Shown here in pieces: positions 53,117 to 64,000 of a stretch of DNA of 64,000 nt (positions are counted from its first letter, which is position 1; every line of letters starts with the position of its first letter). Origin of the DNA: Octopus vulgaris (lineage: Eukaryota); NCBI GenBank assembly GCA_951406725.2, contig OX597815.1:90396001-90460000 (forward strand). Reading direction: 5' to 3'. Made by a program: the position numbers and the translations under genes. The notes below the pieces were generated by a model, which saw only the letters and a list, made by a program, of their open reading frames with translations, was not told the origin of the DNA and ran no database searches.

Positions 53117-55181
53117 CTAGCAGTGCATCCCGGCATTGCCCAGGTGTTATGCCCTACAGCCATATTGTTCCTTTCTTATGGGCAGCTGATGTATAGTGAA
53201 CTGGATTACTGGTGTAATTCAAGTTATTGTTTATTTAATTGTGATGGGTGGGGTACAATCTTCATGTATTTGCATGAAAGTGCTTTCTGTTTTTAAGAAA
53301 ATACTATGCATTGTTTCATCGTATAAGAGGGGGTTAATACGAGTTTGCCTAGAAACTACGTTTTCAAAATTTTAGTTTCCCCCCTCCCTACCGCAATTCG
53401 AAATGGAAGCGTGTTTGTACGCGCGCGAATTTTTGTGTGTGTGTGTGGTAGAGAGAGAGAGAGTGAGTGAGTGAGAGTGTGTGTTGTCATGTAAGAATTT
53501 TGGCCTGTAGTGCAAGTAGCTCTCTCTCTCTGTCTCTCTCTCACACATTATCTTTCATATACACTGCGTAAATAGACATGTATACATCTTTTTTGTATGT
53601 ATGTGGGCGTGTGCATGTGAGAGGGAAAGTGAGTGAATGTATTTCCTCACAACATATAGGGAAAGGGATGTCTTTTAAGGTTCACACTCATATAAAAATC
53701 TGTGATGTCATCGTCGTCGTATAAAATGTCGTTTAGGATAGTTGAATTATACAAAGATTATAATGTATAATTTTTGTAATGCAAATATGTAAATGAAAAT
53801 AAAGTTTGTTTGTTAGCCGAAAGATTACTGAATCTTTTGATCCCCCATAGTCAAAATCGGCAACTCAGTTTTCGAATGTATTCATTAATTTCCGTAAAAT
53901 TTTTGATTTCATTATGCTTTGAAGCGTGCAGTAATTAAAAGAGAAGAGAAAGTGAAACCGCAACGTTTGCTTTGAAGTAAGAGCAGAAAGTGAAAGAGAG
54001 GAGAAAGTGAAAGACATATGTACGTGTATATGAAATGGACGAGTGTGTGCGTGCCTACGTTTGTGTGAGAGAGAATGAGAATGAGAGTGAGTGAGTGAAG
54101 GTGTGTTGTCATGTATGTGTAAGTGACACTCAATCGGACTCTCTCTCCTTCATACACACATCTTTCATATACACACATATGCATAAATGTTTTTGTCTAT
54201 ATGTGCGCGTGTGCGTAAGCATGTGAGAGAGAATTAGTGAGTGACTGTATTCCGTCATAACATAAAGAGAAAGGCCGTATTTCTCAAACTATCTGATGTG
54301 GCGTATCGGCAGTTTTTTTCTCCAATATGCCAGGGACCGGTAAAATGTCTTAACAATATTCATCTATAACGGAAACAATATATATAATGAATATAAAAGT
54401 TCACAATTTTTTTAGATCTTATATCTATTTTGTAGACAAATAATACAATATTACAAAAGCTTTTTATAAGTATTTTATAAGCATTTTATAATGTTTCTTT
54501 CTTTTCTGAAAATTCGCCGCGTACCGGCACCGGTCCGCTGGCCACCACTTTGATTAGCATTGTTTTAAGGTACACACTCATATAGAAAATGTAACATCGT
54601 CGTTGTCGTCGCGGTGTAAAATATTTACGATATTTGACTTATAGAAAAGATTATAATGCAAACTTTTTGTAATGCAAATATGTAAACGAAAATAAAGTTT
54701 ATTTATTAGTCGTAAGATTACTAAATCATTTGATACCCCACCCATCAAAATCGGCAACTCAGATTTCGAGTGCTTAAGAAAGTTACGCACGCTCACTCAC
54801 ATACATACAGACTCACTTATATATATATGGAAGTGTCCCTATCTGTCGTTATCTCTGTCTGTCGTTCTCTCTGTCTGCTTCCACATTCCCTGTGTGTCTA
54901 TCTCTTCCTGTTTCCTCCCTTTCCCTGACATCTGCTACCTTCATTATGCATCATTTTCCTTAGCCTAACACATTTGCATCCTCTCATTTTATTACGTAAT
55001 AGCCTAAGCCCCGTAGTCAGTCCGTTATCGATTTTTATTGAAATCAAATTAGCCTATAATTGAACTAGATGTTAGTTCAACATATATACAAAATTTGGTG
55101 AAGGTTGGTTTCCTGTTTTGGACAGCAAGATTGTAACAGTCAGACGGAGAGCCAGGCAGAAATTGTCATTTATATATAAGA
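53117..55181 (-). mobile_element. Composite non-autonomous Helitron
   Basis: Minus-strand 3' end is cctgggcaatgccggg-atgcactg-CTAG^T (53117). 5' end A^TCttatatataaa is at 55181, and a second 5'-end-like block lies near 54828. An internal diverged duplication pairs 53673-53878 with 54563-54772. Confidence 0.65.
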
Positions 55182-55221
55182 TGTAAGTATATATCTATCT
55201 ATCTATCTATCTATCTATCTC

Positions 55222-55305
<84 letters not shown>

Positions 55306-55308
<3 letters not shown>

Positions 55309-56170
55309 GTAGTCTAAAAGTAACCGGACTACTGCCGTGGTAACGAAGCTAAAACACGCAGAATGAAGCTGCTTGGCAGACTGACCTTGGACTCTGTTGT
55401 GCATGCGCCCGAAGTATTAACGTTCCACCTCACTCCCGGTGTTTACAACGGTGCTTGGAAGTAACGTATATAACGTGCGATCGTTGCATTGACCATGAGG
55501 TAGAAAGTTGAGCAGAGAATCTGCATCAAATTTTGCCTAACGCTTGGCGATACCTACTCAGAAGCCTATGCAAAGTTTTCAAAACATTTTCATCGTTCTC
55601 AACACAAAAATGATCTTGGGCAATTGAAATCCGAGTGTAATTTTCGTCGGCTGAAAGCATTTTGGACACAAGCTTGTCAAACACGCCTCTCATACCCAAA
55701 TCTTCGGTGATAATGGACAGAACTGAACCATATCTAATCTGCACATCCTCTGATAACTCACTGACGGTGATTCGACGAATTCCCCTCACAGCTGCACGCA
55801 CACCTGCGATGTCTAACTCAGTACTGTTGGTCACGGTTTTCCCAGGACGTTCGTGACTATCGACATTTTTCGGCCATCTTGGAAACGTCTGAACCACGCG
55901 TACGCTTGTCTACGGTTCATACACTGATCTCCATACAATTCCTGCAGCTTTGCTTATACCTCTGAGCAGGTATCGCCATGACAATTTTTCTGTCATGGTC
56001 AATTCGACGGTCTCACATCAAGCACATTATTTCCAAGCTAGAACTTGGAGGTGAGCTAGAACTTTAAAACTTAGTGTGCATGCATAGGAAATGTGCCAAA
56101 CAGCTTCACTCTGCGTGCTTTGATTTCGTTACTATGGCAACAGTCCCGATACTTATTTATCAAAACTCGC
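55306..56170. mobile_element. Mariner-derived element made of two inverted 5' halves
   Basis: Left, plus strand: KVEQRICIKFCLTLGDTYSEAYAK. Right, minus strand: YAWFRRFQDG...DSHERPG...RRITVSELSEDV...IITEDLGMRGVFDKLVSKML (mariner HTH and WVPxxL region). The 5' UTRs at the two ends mirror each other. Confidence 0.8.
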
Positions 56171-56834
56171 ATGTATGTGTGTGTGTGTGTTTGGGTGGGT
56201 GGTTCATTGTGCCTGTGTCTGTCCCACACCGCTGTTTGACCACCGGTGTTGGTGTTTAACTTAGCGGTTCAACAAATCTGACCGATAATATAAGTACAAA
56301 CTAATACCGTTTCACAAGTCCCAGAATCTGATTTACGGGCGTTAAATCATTTGCAATTGTTGTCACTGTTCCCTTAGAATTTAAATTTTACAAAAAGCAC
56401 TAAAAAAATGTAAGCATCTTAGAACAATTGATGCATTATAAAAACATAACAGTGTATGTCTAAATATGGCAAACCGTGATCACAAACTGTTACTTTAGAA
56501 TTATGCTCTTAATTTGTTTCTATTTCTTTTCTAAATTATTTACTTTTCTGAGAGTAGAGATGCGTTACGGAAAATAATTTAATTTTCTTCGTGAAACTAT
56601 ATTAAGTAGTTTTGTATTTTAGTTAAGACTGAGGAAGTGAGAAATAATTTATAAAAAATTCATATTTCTCAATATTGTGAATGTTGAAAGTTATTTCTAA
56701 ACAAATAGAATACATATACAGATATACATGCACAGACATATTCATACACAGAAACATACTAATGTATGTATACATATGTATATGTGCGTGTATGCGTGTA
56801 TCTATCTGTGTGCGTATGAACGTGTGTGGTTATG

Positions 56835-56869
<35 letters not shown>

Positions 56870-57856
56870 TGCATGCAAGCGTACACACATATATACTTAT
56901 ATATATACTTATATATATAGATAGATTTATATATATATAAATAGATACATACATATATACATAGAATATATATATATATTCATATATGTATGTATTCTTA
57001 TATATATATATGTCTCTGTATGTGTGTATACATATATACATACATGCTTACGTGCATGCATGCATGCATGCATACATACATACATACATACATACATACA
57101 TACATACATACATACATACATACATACATGCATACATACATACAGACATACATACATATGCGTATATACATATGATATTGGCTAGTATTATTTCTACTTT
57201 CTCAGCTATTGACTAGATTTATAAGATAAATAATAATTGCACGGAGATTCAAAGAAATAGTACTTGCGTTCATAGCGAATGTCTTTGTATATATATGTGT
57301 GTGTGTGTGTATGTCCTTATTTGTGAGAATATGCGTACGATTGAGGGTGTATTTACATACTTCCTTCTTTGAAGTAGCCTGGTTTAAGTAAACATTATTT
57401 GTTTTCTCTCTTTGAACGCCAGTATTCGAGTTAACGAAGGCATTTTGAAAGTAAATAAAAACGTGTCTATATCTTTTTGAAGACTGTATATAATGGATGA
57501 GTATAATTGTATGAATGTTTGCACTTATCTTTTGTATGTGCTTATGTTTTAGTGTCTATCTCCCCGTCACACACTGTCACACAAACGCACTTGCTTTGAT
57601 ATATATGCATATATATAAATTAAATGTAGGACCAATATATATGTAAATGCATATATATAAATTAAATGTAGTACCAATATGTGTGCAAATATAATATGAT
57701 GTGTTAGTGGAGTTGTATATGCTTCTGTGTGCGTACATTTGAACGGTAAATACATGCGTTTATTGATACGCATAGAATATGGCCTACCAGCGTATAGTAT
57801 AATCTAGCTATGTTAGTGTGCAAAGCCCAAATTTTTTTCTTGCTAGCATATTTACT

Positions 57857-58330
57857 TACATAAACACACACACACGCACGCACACATACACACACATATT
57901 TGTGTGTGTTTCTATATAGAAACACAACGATATAAATATATATTTATAAATGTATATATATACATATATATGTGTGTGTTGGGGTGTATGTGTGTATATG
58001 CATTTACAACCCTCTCCCCCACACACAGACATATAAGTGTGTGCATGTGCATACATAACCTTCAGTTATGTGTGTGTTTATGTGCTCATTTATTACATAA
58101 ACACACACACACGCACGCACACATACACACACATATTTGTGTGTTTGTGAGTTTCTATATTGAACATAAGGATATAAACATATATTTATAAATGTATATA
58201 CATACATATATATGTGGGGTGTTTGCGTGTATATGTATCTACACACAACACACACATATAAGTGTGTGTGTGTGCGCATATATCTCCTTCAGTTATATGT
58301 GTGTGTATGTGCAGATGTGTTTGTGTGCGT
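57857..58330. repeat. Diverged tandem duplication of about 236 bp of low-complexity sequence
   Basis: ttacataaacacacacacacgcacgcacacatacacacacatatttgtgtg occurs at about 57857 and 58092. Confidence 0.7.
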
Positions 58331-58828
58331 ATGTTTACATTGTACATTGAAGAGACTACAAGATGTATATCTTTCTCCCTTTTTTTTTTCGTATAAACAA
58401 ACGAATACATCTATAATAACCGGAACAGACAGAGATATATGGACATTGGTACGACGGAAATTGCTTAGTAGTGTTTTGAAATGGGTTCCATTAGCTAAAA
58501 AATATATTAATGATGAAAGATAAACGTCTACAATTTTTTGACGGGAAAAGTAGGTGGAATAAATTTGTTAAGTTAGCTTCGAATTAGCCATTTCTGTAAA
58601 TTTCCAACAATATTAATTCTTGTTATTTCAACAATTTTCTCAGTTATTTGTTTACGATTCTGCAGCTCTACTATCACTCATTATCTTTTCAAACCTTCAT
58701 TCTGTTATCATTTGCACATCTCTTTGCTCGTCTATCTGCTCTCTCTTTCTCCCCTCTCTCTCCCTGTCTTTCTCTCTATTTATCTAACTATCTATCCATT
58801 TATCTAACTAGCTATCCATTTATCTATC

Positions 58829-58886
<58 letters not shown>

Positions 58887-58902
58887 TATATATATTTATA
58901 CA

Positions 58903-59066
58903 TGTCCTCCGCCATTACTTGACGGCCGGTGTTGGTGTTTACGTCCCCGTAGACAAGCGGTTTGGCAAAGAGATAATAGAATCTGTACTAGACTTAAAGG
59001 AAAGAACTGGGTTTGATTCATTCGGCAGAAAATTCTTCAGGGTGGTGCTCTAGTATGGCCGCAATT
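58903..59066 (+). mobile_element. SINE 3' half with CR1-like tail
   Basis: ccggtgttggtgtttacgtccccgta...ggtggtgctctagtatggccgca. Confidence 0.65.
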
Positions 59067-60395
59067 ATAATATGCAAAGATATATCCGTGTATACATAAT
59101 GTATATGTATGTGTGTATAAATTATGTATTTACATATATATACATTGTGTATATACATGCGGCATATATATATATATGTATCTATTTATCTATCTATCTA
59201 CCTATCTCTCTCTCTATATATATATATATATGCGCATGTATGTATATATTATATATAAATACGTGTGTAATTTGTGTGTGTATACATGCATAGAAATACA
59301 CATATATGTGTATGTCCATTAGATTAAGCTTATGATAGAAGGCATTAAATAGCTGATGCTGATGTATAAATATAGGAATGCGGAAAATTGTGACGAAGTA
59401 ACGCCACTCAGTCACCAGCGTAACTGACCTATTTCAAGTCACAAGAAACGTCCGTAAAAATGCAATTTGCAGCAACAACCATTACACCCTCTACCAACAT
59501 TTATTCCCACGTTTTCCCATCGTCTTTGTGCAATATTGAACACTTACTCATCAATGCCATCATTATCGACGAATCGCTGAATCGGGAGGTTACATTCCCG
59601 GTCGGCTGCTTGAGAACATACTTACATATATATGAGTGTTTGTGTGTGTGTGTATGTATGTATGTATATATGTATGTATGTATGTATGTGTGTATGTATG
59701 TATGTACGTATGTATATGTGTGTATGTATGTAAGTATGTATGTATGTATGTATGTATGTATGTATGTATGTATGTATATAACTTATGTCTGTTAATCCAA
59801 TATGTTTGCAAGAGGTATTGATTGAAACTCAACCTATTTCGAATCATTTTCATTTCCGATACATATTGCCTGACACTTATTACCCCTAGTTCTCTCTCCC
59901 CTTTGTCCTTCCCTCCATTTTCCATATATATAAATGCGTGCAGGGGTGAATGTGTACTTATACATATTTATATATATTGTATGTATGTATGTATGTACGT
60001 TTGTATCTATGTATGAATGTGTGTGTATAAGCATGCCTCTCTGCATGTGCGCGCCTTCTTGACTATTTCCAGTTGTGTTTCTTTACTTGTTATACCAGGC
60101 ATTACTTTAACGTGAAATTATGGTTCCGATTATACTTGATAGTTCATGAAATATTGTCGAAGTGTGAAGCTTTTGAAACGTTGACTTGGGAAAATAATAG
60201 CCGTTGCCTATCCATAATAAACCTAGTCACAAGACTGAATTCCAAACTATTTCCCAAGTCATAATGTTTGAAATAGTTATATTAGTGACACTTGCTTACA
60301 TCCGGGTAGGCTAAGATGTAATGTTTTAAACATTTTCTGTCTGTCTCTGTCGCTCCCTCTCTACCTCACTTTCTCTTTCTCTCTTTCCCTCTCTT

Positions 60396-60428
<33 letters not shown>

Positions 60429-60464
60429 GTATACATATGTATATATAGGTGTGTGTGCGCGCGC

Positions 60465-60497
<33 letters not shown>

Positions 60498-60542
60498 CAT
60501 ACCTATATGTGCGGGTGTGTACATATGTACATATATATACAC

Positions 60543-60591
<49 letters not shown>

Positions 60592-61104
60592 TGTATACAT
60601 ACATGCATACATATATATATGTATGTATGCATGTATGCATGTATGTATGTATGTATGTCAGTGCATATATGTATGTAAGTATGTACTTATATAGATTACC
60701 TGATGATGGCGAGCTGTACGTTGCACAAAAGAATTCATTTAACGTTGCTTTACGGTCAGTGCGACTAACACATCGCATAATTATGCACCTGTACAAGCAA
60801 CGGCGATTTCACAGAAGGTTTGAGCTTCTGTGAACACACACGTTTGATATATATAAACGAAGTCTCTTTGTCATTGTTCATCAAAATATTGCAACCCCTC
60901 ATCCACGACAGATAAGTCCTTAAGTATATAAATATATATGTTTTGTGTGCGCGTGTGTGTGTGTGTGTGCCCCTGTGTGCGTGTACATTTACACACACAC
61001 ACACACACAAACATATATGTGTATCTATATATTTATTGCACTCTCTCTCTCTCTCTCTCACTCTCTCTATATATGCATATATATATATGATTGTATTATG
61101 TATA

Positions 61105-61345
61105 TATGTATATGTATGTATGTATGTATGTTTGTTTGTATGTATGTATGTATGTATGTATGTATGATTGTATGTATGTATGTGTGTTTGTATGATTGTA
61201 TGTATGTATGTATGTATGTATGTATAATTGTATGTATGTATGTATGTATGTTTGTTTGTTTGTATGTATGTATGTTTGTTTGTATGTATGTATGTATGTA
61301 TGTATGTATGTATGTATGTATGTATGTATGTATGTATGTGTGTAT
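61105..61345. repeat. (TGTA)n microsatellite
   Basis: Read directly from sequence. Confidence 0.95.
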
Positions 61346-61384
61346 GAATGTCAGATAAAGACTCTCTTCAGTCATGAATTACCA

Positions 61385-61645
61385 TGATATAGCACCTAGA
61401 AAGATGTCTCCAAGGTACAAGTAAGGGCAAGGTTGTTTATGGAAGACCAGAAGTCGCCCATGCATACTAGCCTCCTATCTCCACGGCAGCGATGTTATCC
61501 AAGGAAAACACAAACGCTAATGCAGCTTGGCACCAGTGACGTCGTAACTCACTTTTACAGCTGAGTAAACTGGAGCAACGTGGAATAAAGTGTCTTGCAG
61601 AAGAAGACAACCCACAACCTGGTCCGGGAAAGAAACTCACTCAAT
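61385..61645 (-). mobile_element. SINE fragment with CORE/MESC-like central block
   Basis: Minus strand has aagacactttattccacgttgctccagtttactcagctgtaaaagtgagt, a CORE-like SINE central motif. Confidence 0.55.
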
Positions 61646-61785
61646 CGAACACATACACACACACACACACACACGAATTCATATATATATTTCACTGAAG
61701 ATTGAAGGCTTCGAATGTCCCGTCCGTGTTTTTTGTATCGTCTTCTAAATGTTTCACGTTCTTGTCCCAGTTTGTATTTTTTTAC

Positions 61786-61902
<117 letters not shown>

Positions 61903-62769
61903 GTATATATATATACATACATATACATATATATACATACATATATATATTAATCAAAGAAATTCCAACTCTGTCTGTTTTTTGTTTTATTTATATTCTT
62001 TATAATATTAATATAGAATATAGAATATATAGTATAATATATATATATATATAGTAAAACGAAATGAAGTATTGATTGTCTTATTGAATAGATGAAATGT
62101 TGAATATAAAATATGAGGGGACTAGTATACTTTCATGCGTTATAGCAGTCTTCAAGGTCCCAGGTTGTGACAGGAGTGTTTCAAAAGACAGAGTTGGAAT
62201 TTCTTTGAATAATATATATCCTTCTATAAACAGTCACACAAACCCCTTTTTATTTATTTATATATATATATATAGCCATGTTGCGAGGAGGCTCAAATTC
62301 AACGATAGTCATAAATAGTAGCTCATAATATATTTACTAAAAGTAACTTGGACAAAGGAAAAATGACGGCAGATAGCCATTAACAGGATTCAACCATATA
62401 GCTACCATAGCCTTGATGGTCGTGATTTTATTACACCAAAGTGTTTGTCCTATGCTGAAACATTAAAATTAGAATTTTATTCAGACGGACTGGCTTTCAT
62501 TACTTACATCTATATTCGTAGATTTCGTAAAAGATATTTATTTTCATACTACCGTATTACTCAATGCTTTTCTATTTACGATACTCATACGAACAAACAT
62601 AGATAAGCACATACACATTTTATATATACACACACATATTTCACAAACATAGGTAGCTAGCTAGCTAGATAGATAGATACATACATACATACATATGTAT
62701 ATACATACGCACGTATACACACACATTCATACATGCATACATACATACATACATACATACATACATACA

Positions 62770-62800
<31 letters not shown>

Positions 62801-64000
62801 CTGGGGTTGTGCATATCAGTAGAAAATATACACACAGCCCGTTTTGTACACACTTCTTCCTGTCACTTTCCTCATCGGAAATGCACATTATCAGCGATTG
62901 GGTACTTTAAAAACCTAGATGTATTGTGAAAAATATTACTGATAAAATGCATTATTAAAAAGCATCTGTTATTCTTATGAAAATACATAAAGCAGTTTAC
63001 CTCATTGACCTAATTTTCTTGTATATTAATTTATCTTGTTTTTTTATTGACATTAGCATACGTATTGGAAGATTCTCATTCAGGAATTAAAAGATGATAT
63101 AGAATTCTTAAAACACCTAAATGGAAGCAATGATTATACATTAAAACATTTTTCCCCTTAAAAGAAACTATCTCTAAATGATAAATCATGTTCTTTACAA
63201 CTCTCAAAGCACAATCTTGGTTGTATTACGTTACTGAGCGTTAAAGACTGAGTGAGGGAAAACGTTTAAATGGACTGGAATTTAGAGTAAACCTTCGATC
63301 AAGAATTACTTTTAGAATTTCATTTTGGATACAATTTAATGTAGCCATATACGTAAAATTGGTGTTATATATGCAATACACTTGAATGTTAATATTTCAT
63401 AGCCTGCATATTCTAAACCAGAAACCGACGTATATAGGTCTTGCAGTGATTCTTGATTGTAAACGATTCATTTCACTTGCATTACTATTTACAGTTCTAA
63501 ATTCATGAACGAAGTATTTGAAATCCAGTGCCAATATATGGAATGATTTATCTTTCTATGTATGAAAGCAAACTATGTTATATAACTATGAAATAGTTAA
63601 CAACCAGGTTCCTGACCTAAATATCTGTTTGCAGTCACTTTCAGACACTTCTTTATTTAGCTACAGACATTCAAATGCTATTTGTTACTATTTGTATATA
63701 TTGTTATGAGTAGTATTACTGATTATATTTTGCGGCATTTTCGTATGTAGCAGTCAGAAAAGTTAGAGAAAAAGAGCACGGAACTATTGCCAAATTATTT
63801 TATCGGAATTGATAATAAATAATTTGTCTTAATTCAGTTTTAGTATTGTGCAGATGTTGCACACTCAGGTGGAACTATAAACAGAAATAGTCAAAACAGT
63901 TTAGCAGAAGGAATAGAGCAGTATATCAATAAAGTTGGAACGTAAAACATTTTAGAATCAAAAGAAGTTAATGAATATGAATATATGGGGTAATATTATG

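Noticed and set aside
60695-60860. CTGATGA plus hairpin ttcacagaag/cttctgtgaa as an HHR
   Set aside because: No GAAA/UH is correctly placed relative to the core.
61694-61725. CTGAAGA-ttgaaggcttcgaatgtc as an HHR
   Set aside because: GAAA and stems I and III are incomplete.

Overview
This is AT-rich eukaryotic non-genic DNA, saturated with (TA)n, (CA)n, (TAGA)n and (TACA)n microsatellites and decayed transposons. The tRNA-derived SINEs resemble the octopus OK/OR types, so an octopus/coleoid origin is inferred but not proven. No host protein-coding gene can be supported: the ORF track is microsatellite read-through or transposon debris (CR1-like, RTE, Dong/R4 and Hero LINEs, a Penelope GIY-YIG remnant, mariner, Chapaev3, Helitrons, MITEs). 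The main signal is RNA structure. The window holds about 13 recognisable type I hammerhead ribozyme (HHR) motifs in six short non-coding element families, each with its 3' end docked on a (TA)n tract. Two are retrozyme-like tandem arrays. One is a 363-bp unit array with an internal inversion (9868-11527) carrying five HHRs with a compensated U3-A8 core. The other is a 353-bp unit array (30266-30880) with two canonical HHRs. The two units differ strongly in sequence but appear to share one rod-like fold with compensatory changes. A degenerate Penelope-like ORF (8640-9430) suggests the mobilising class. All assignments were made by eye; no searches or folding programs were run.
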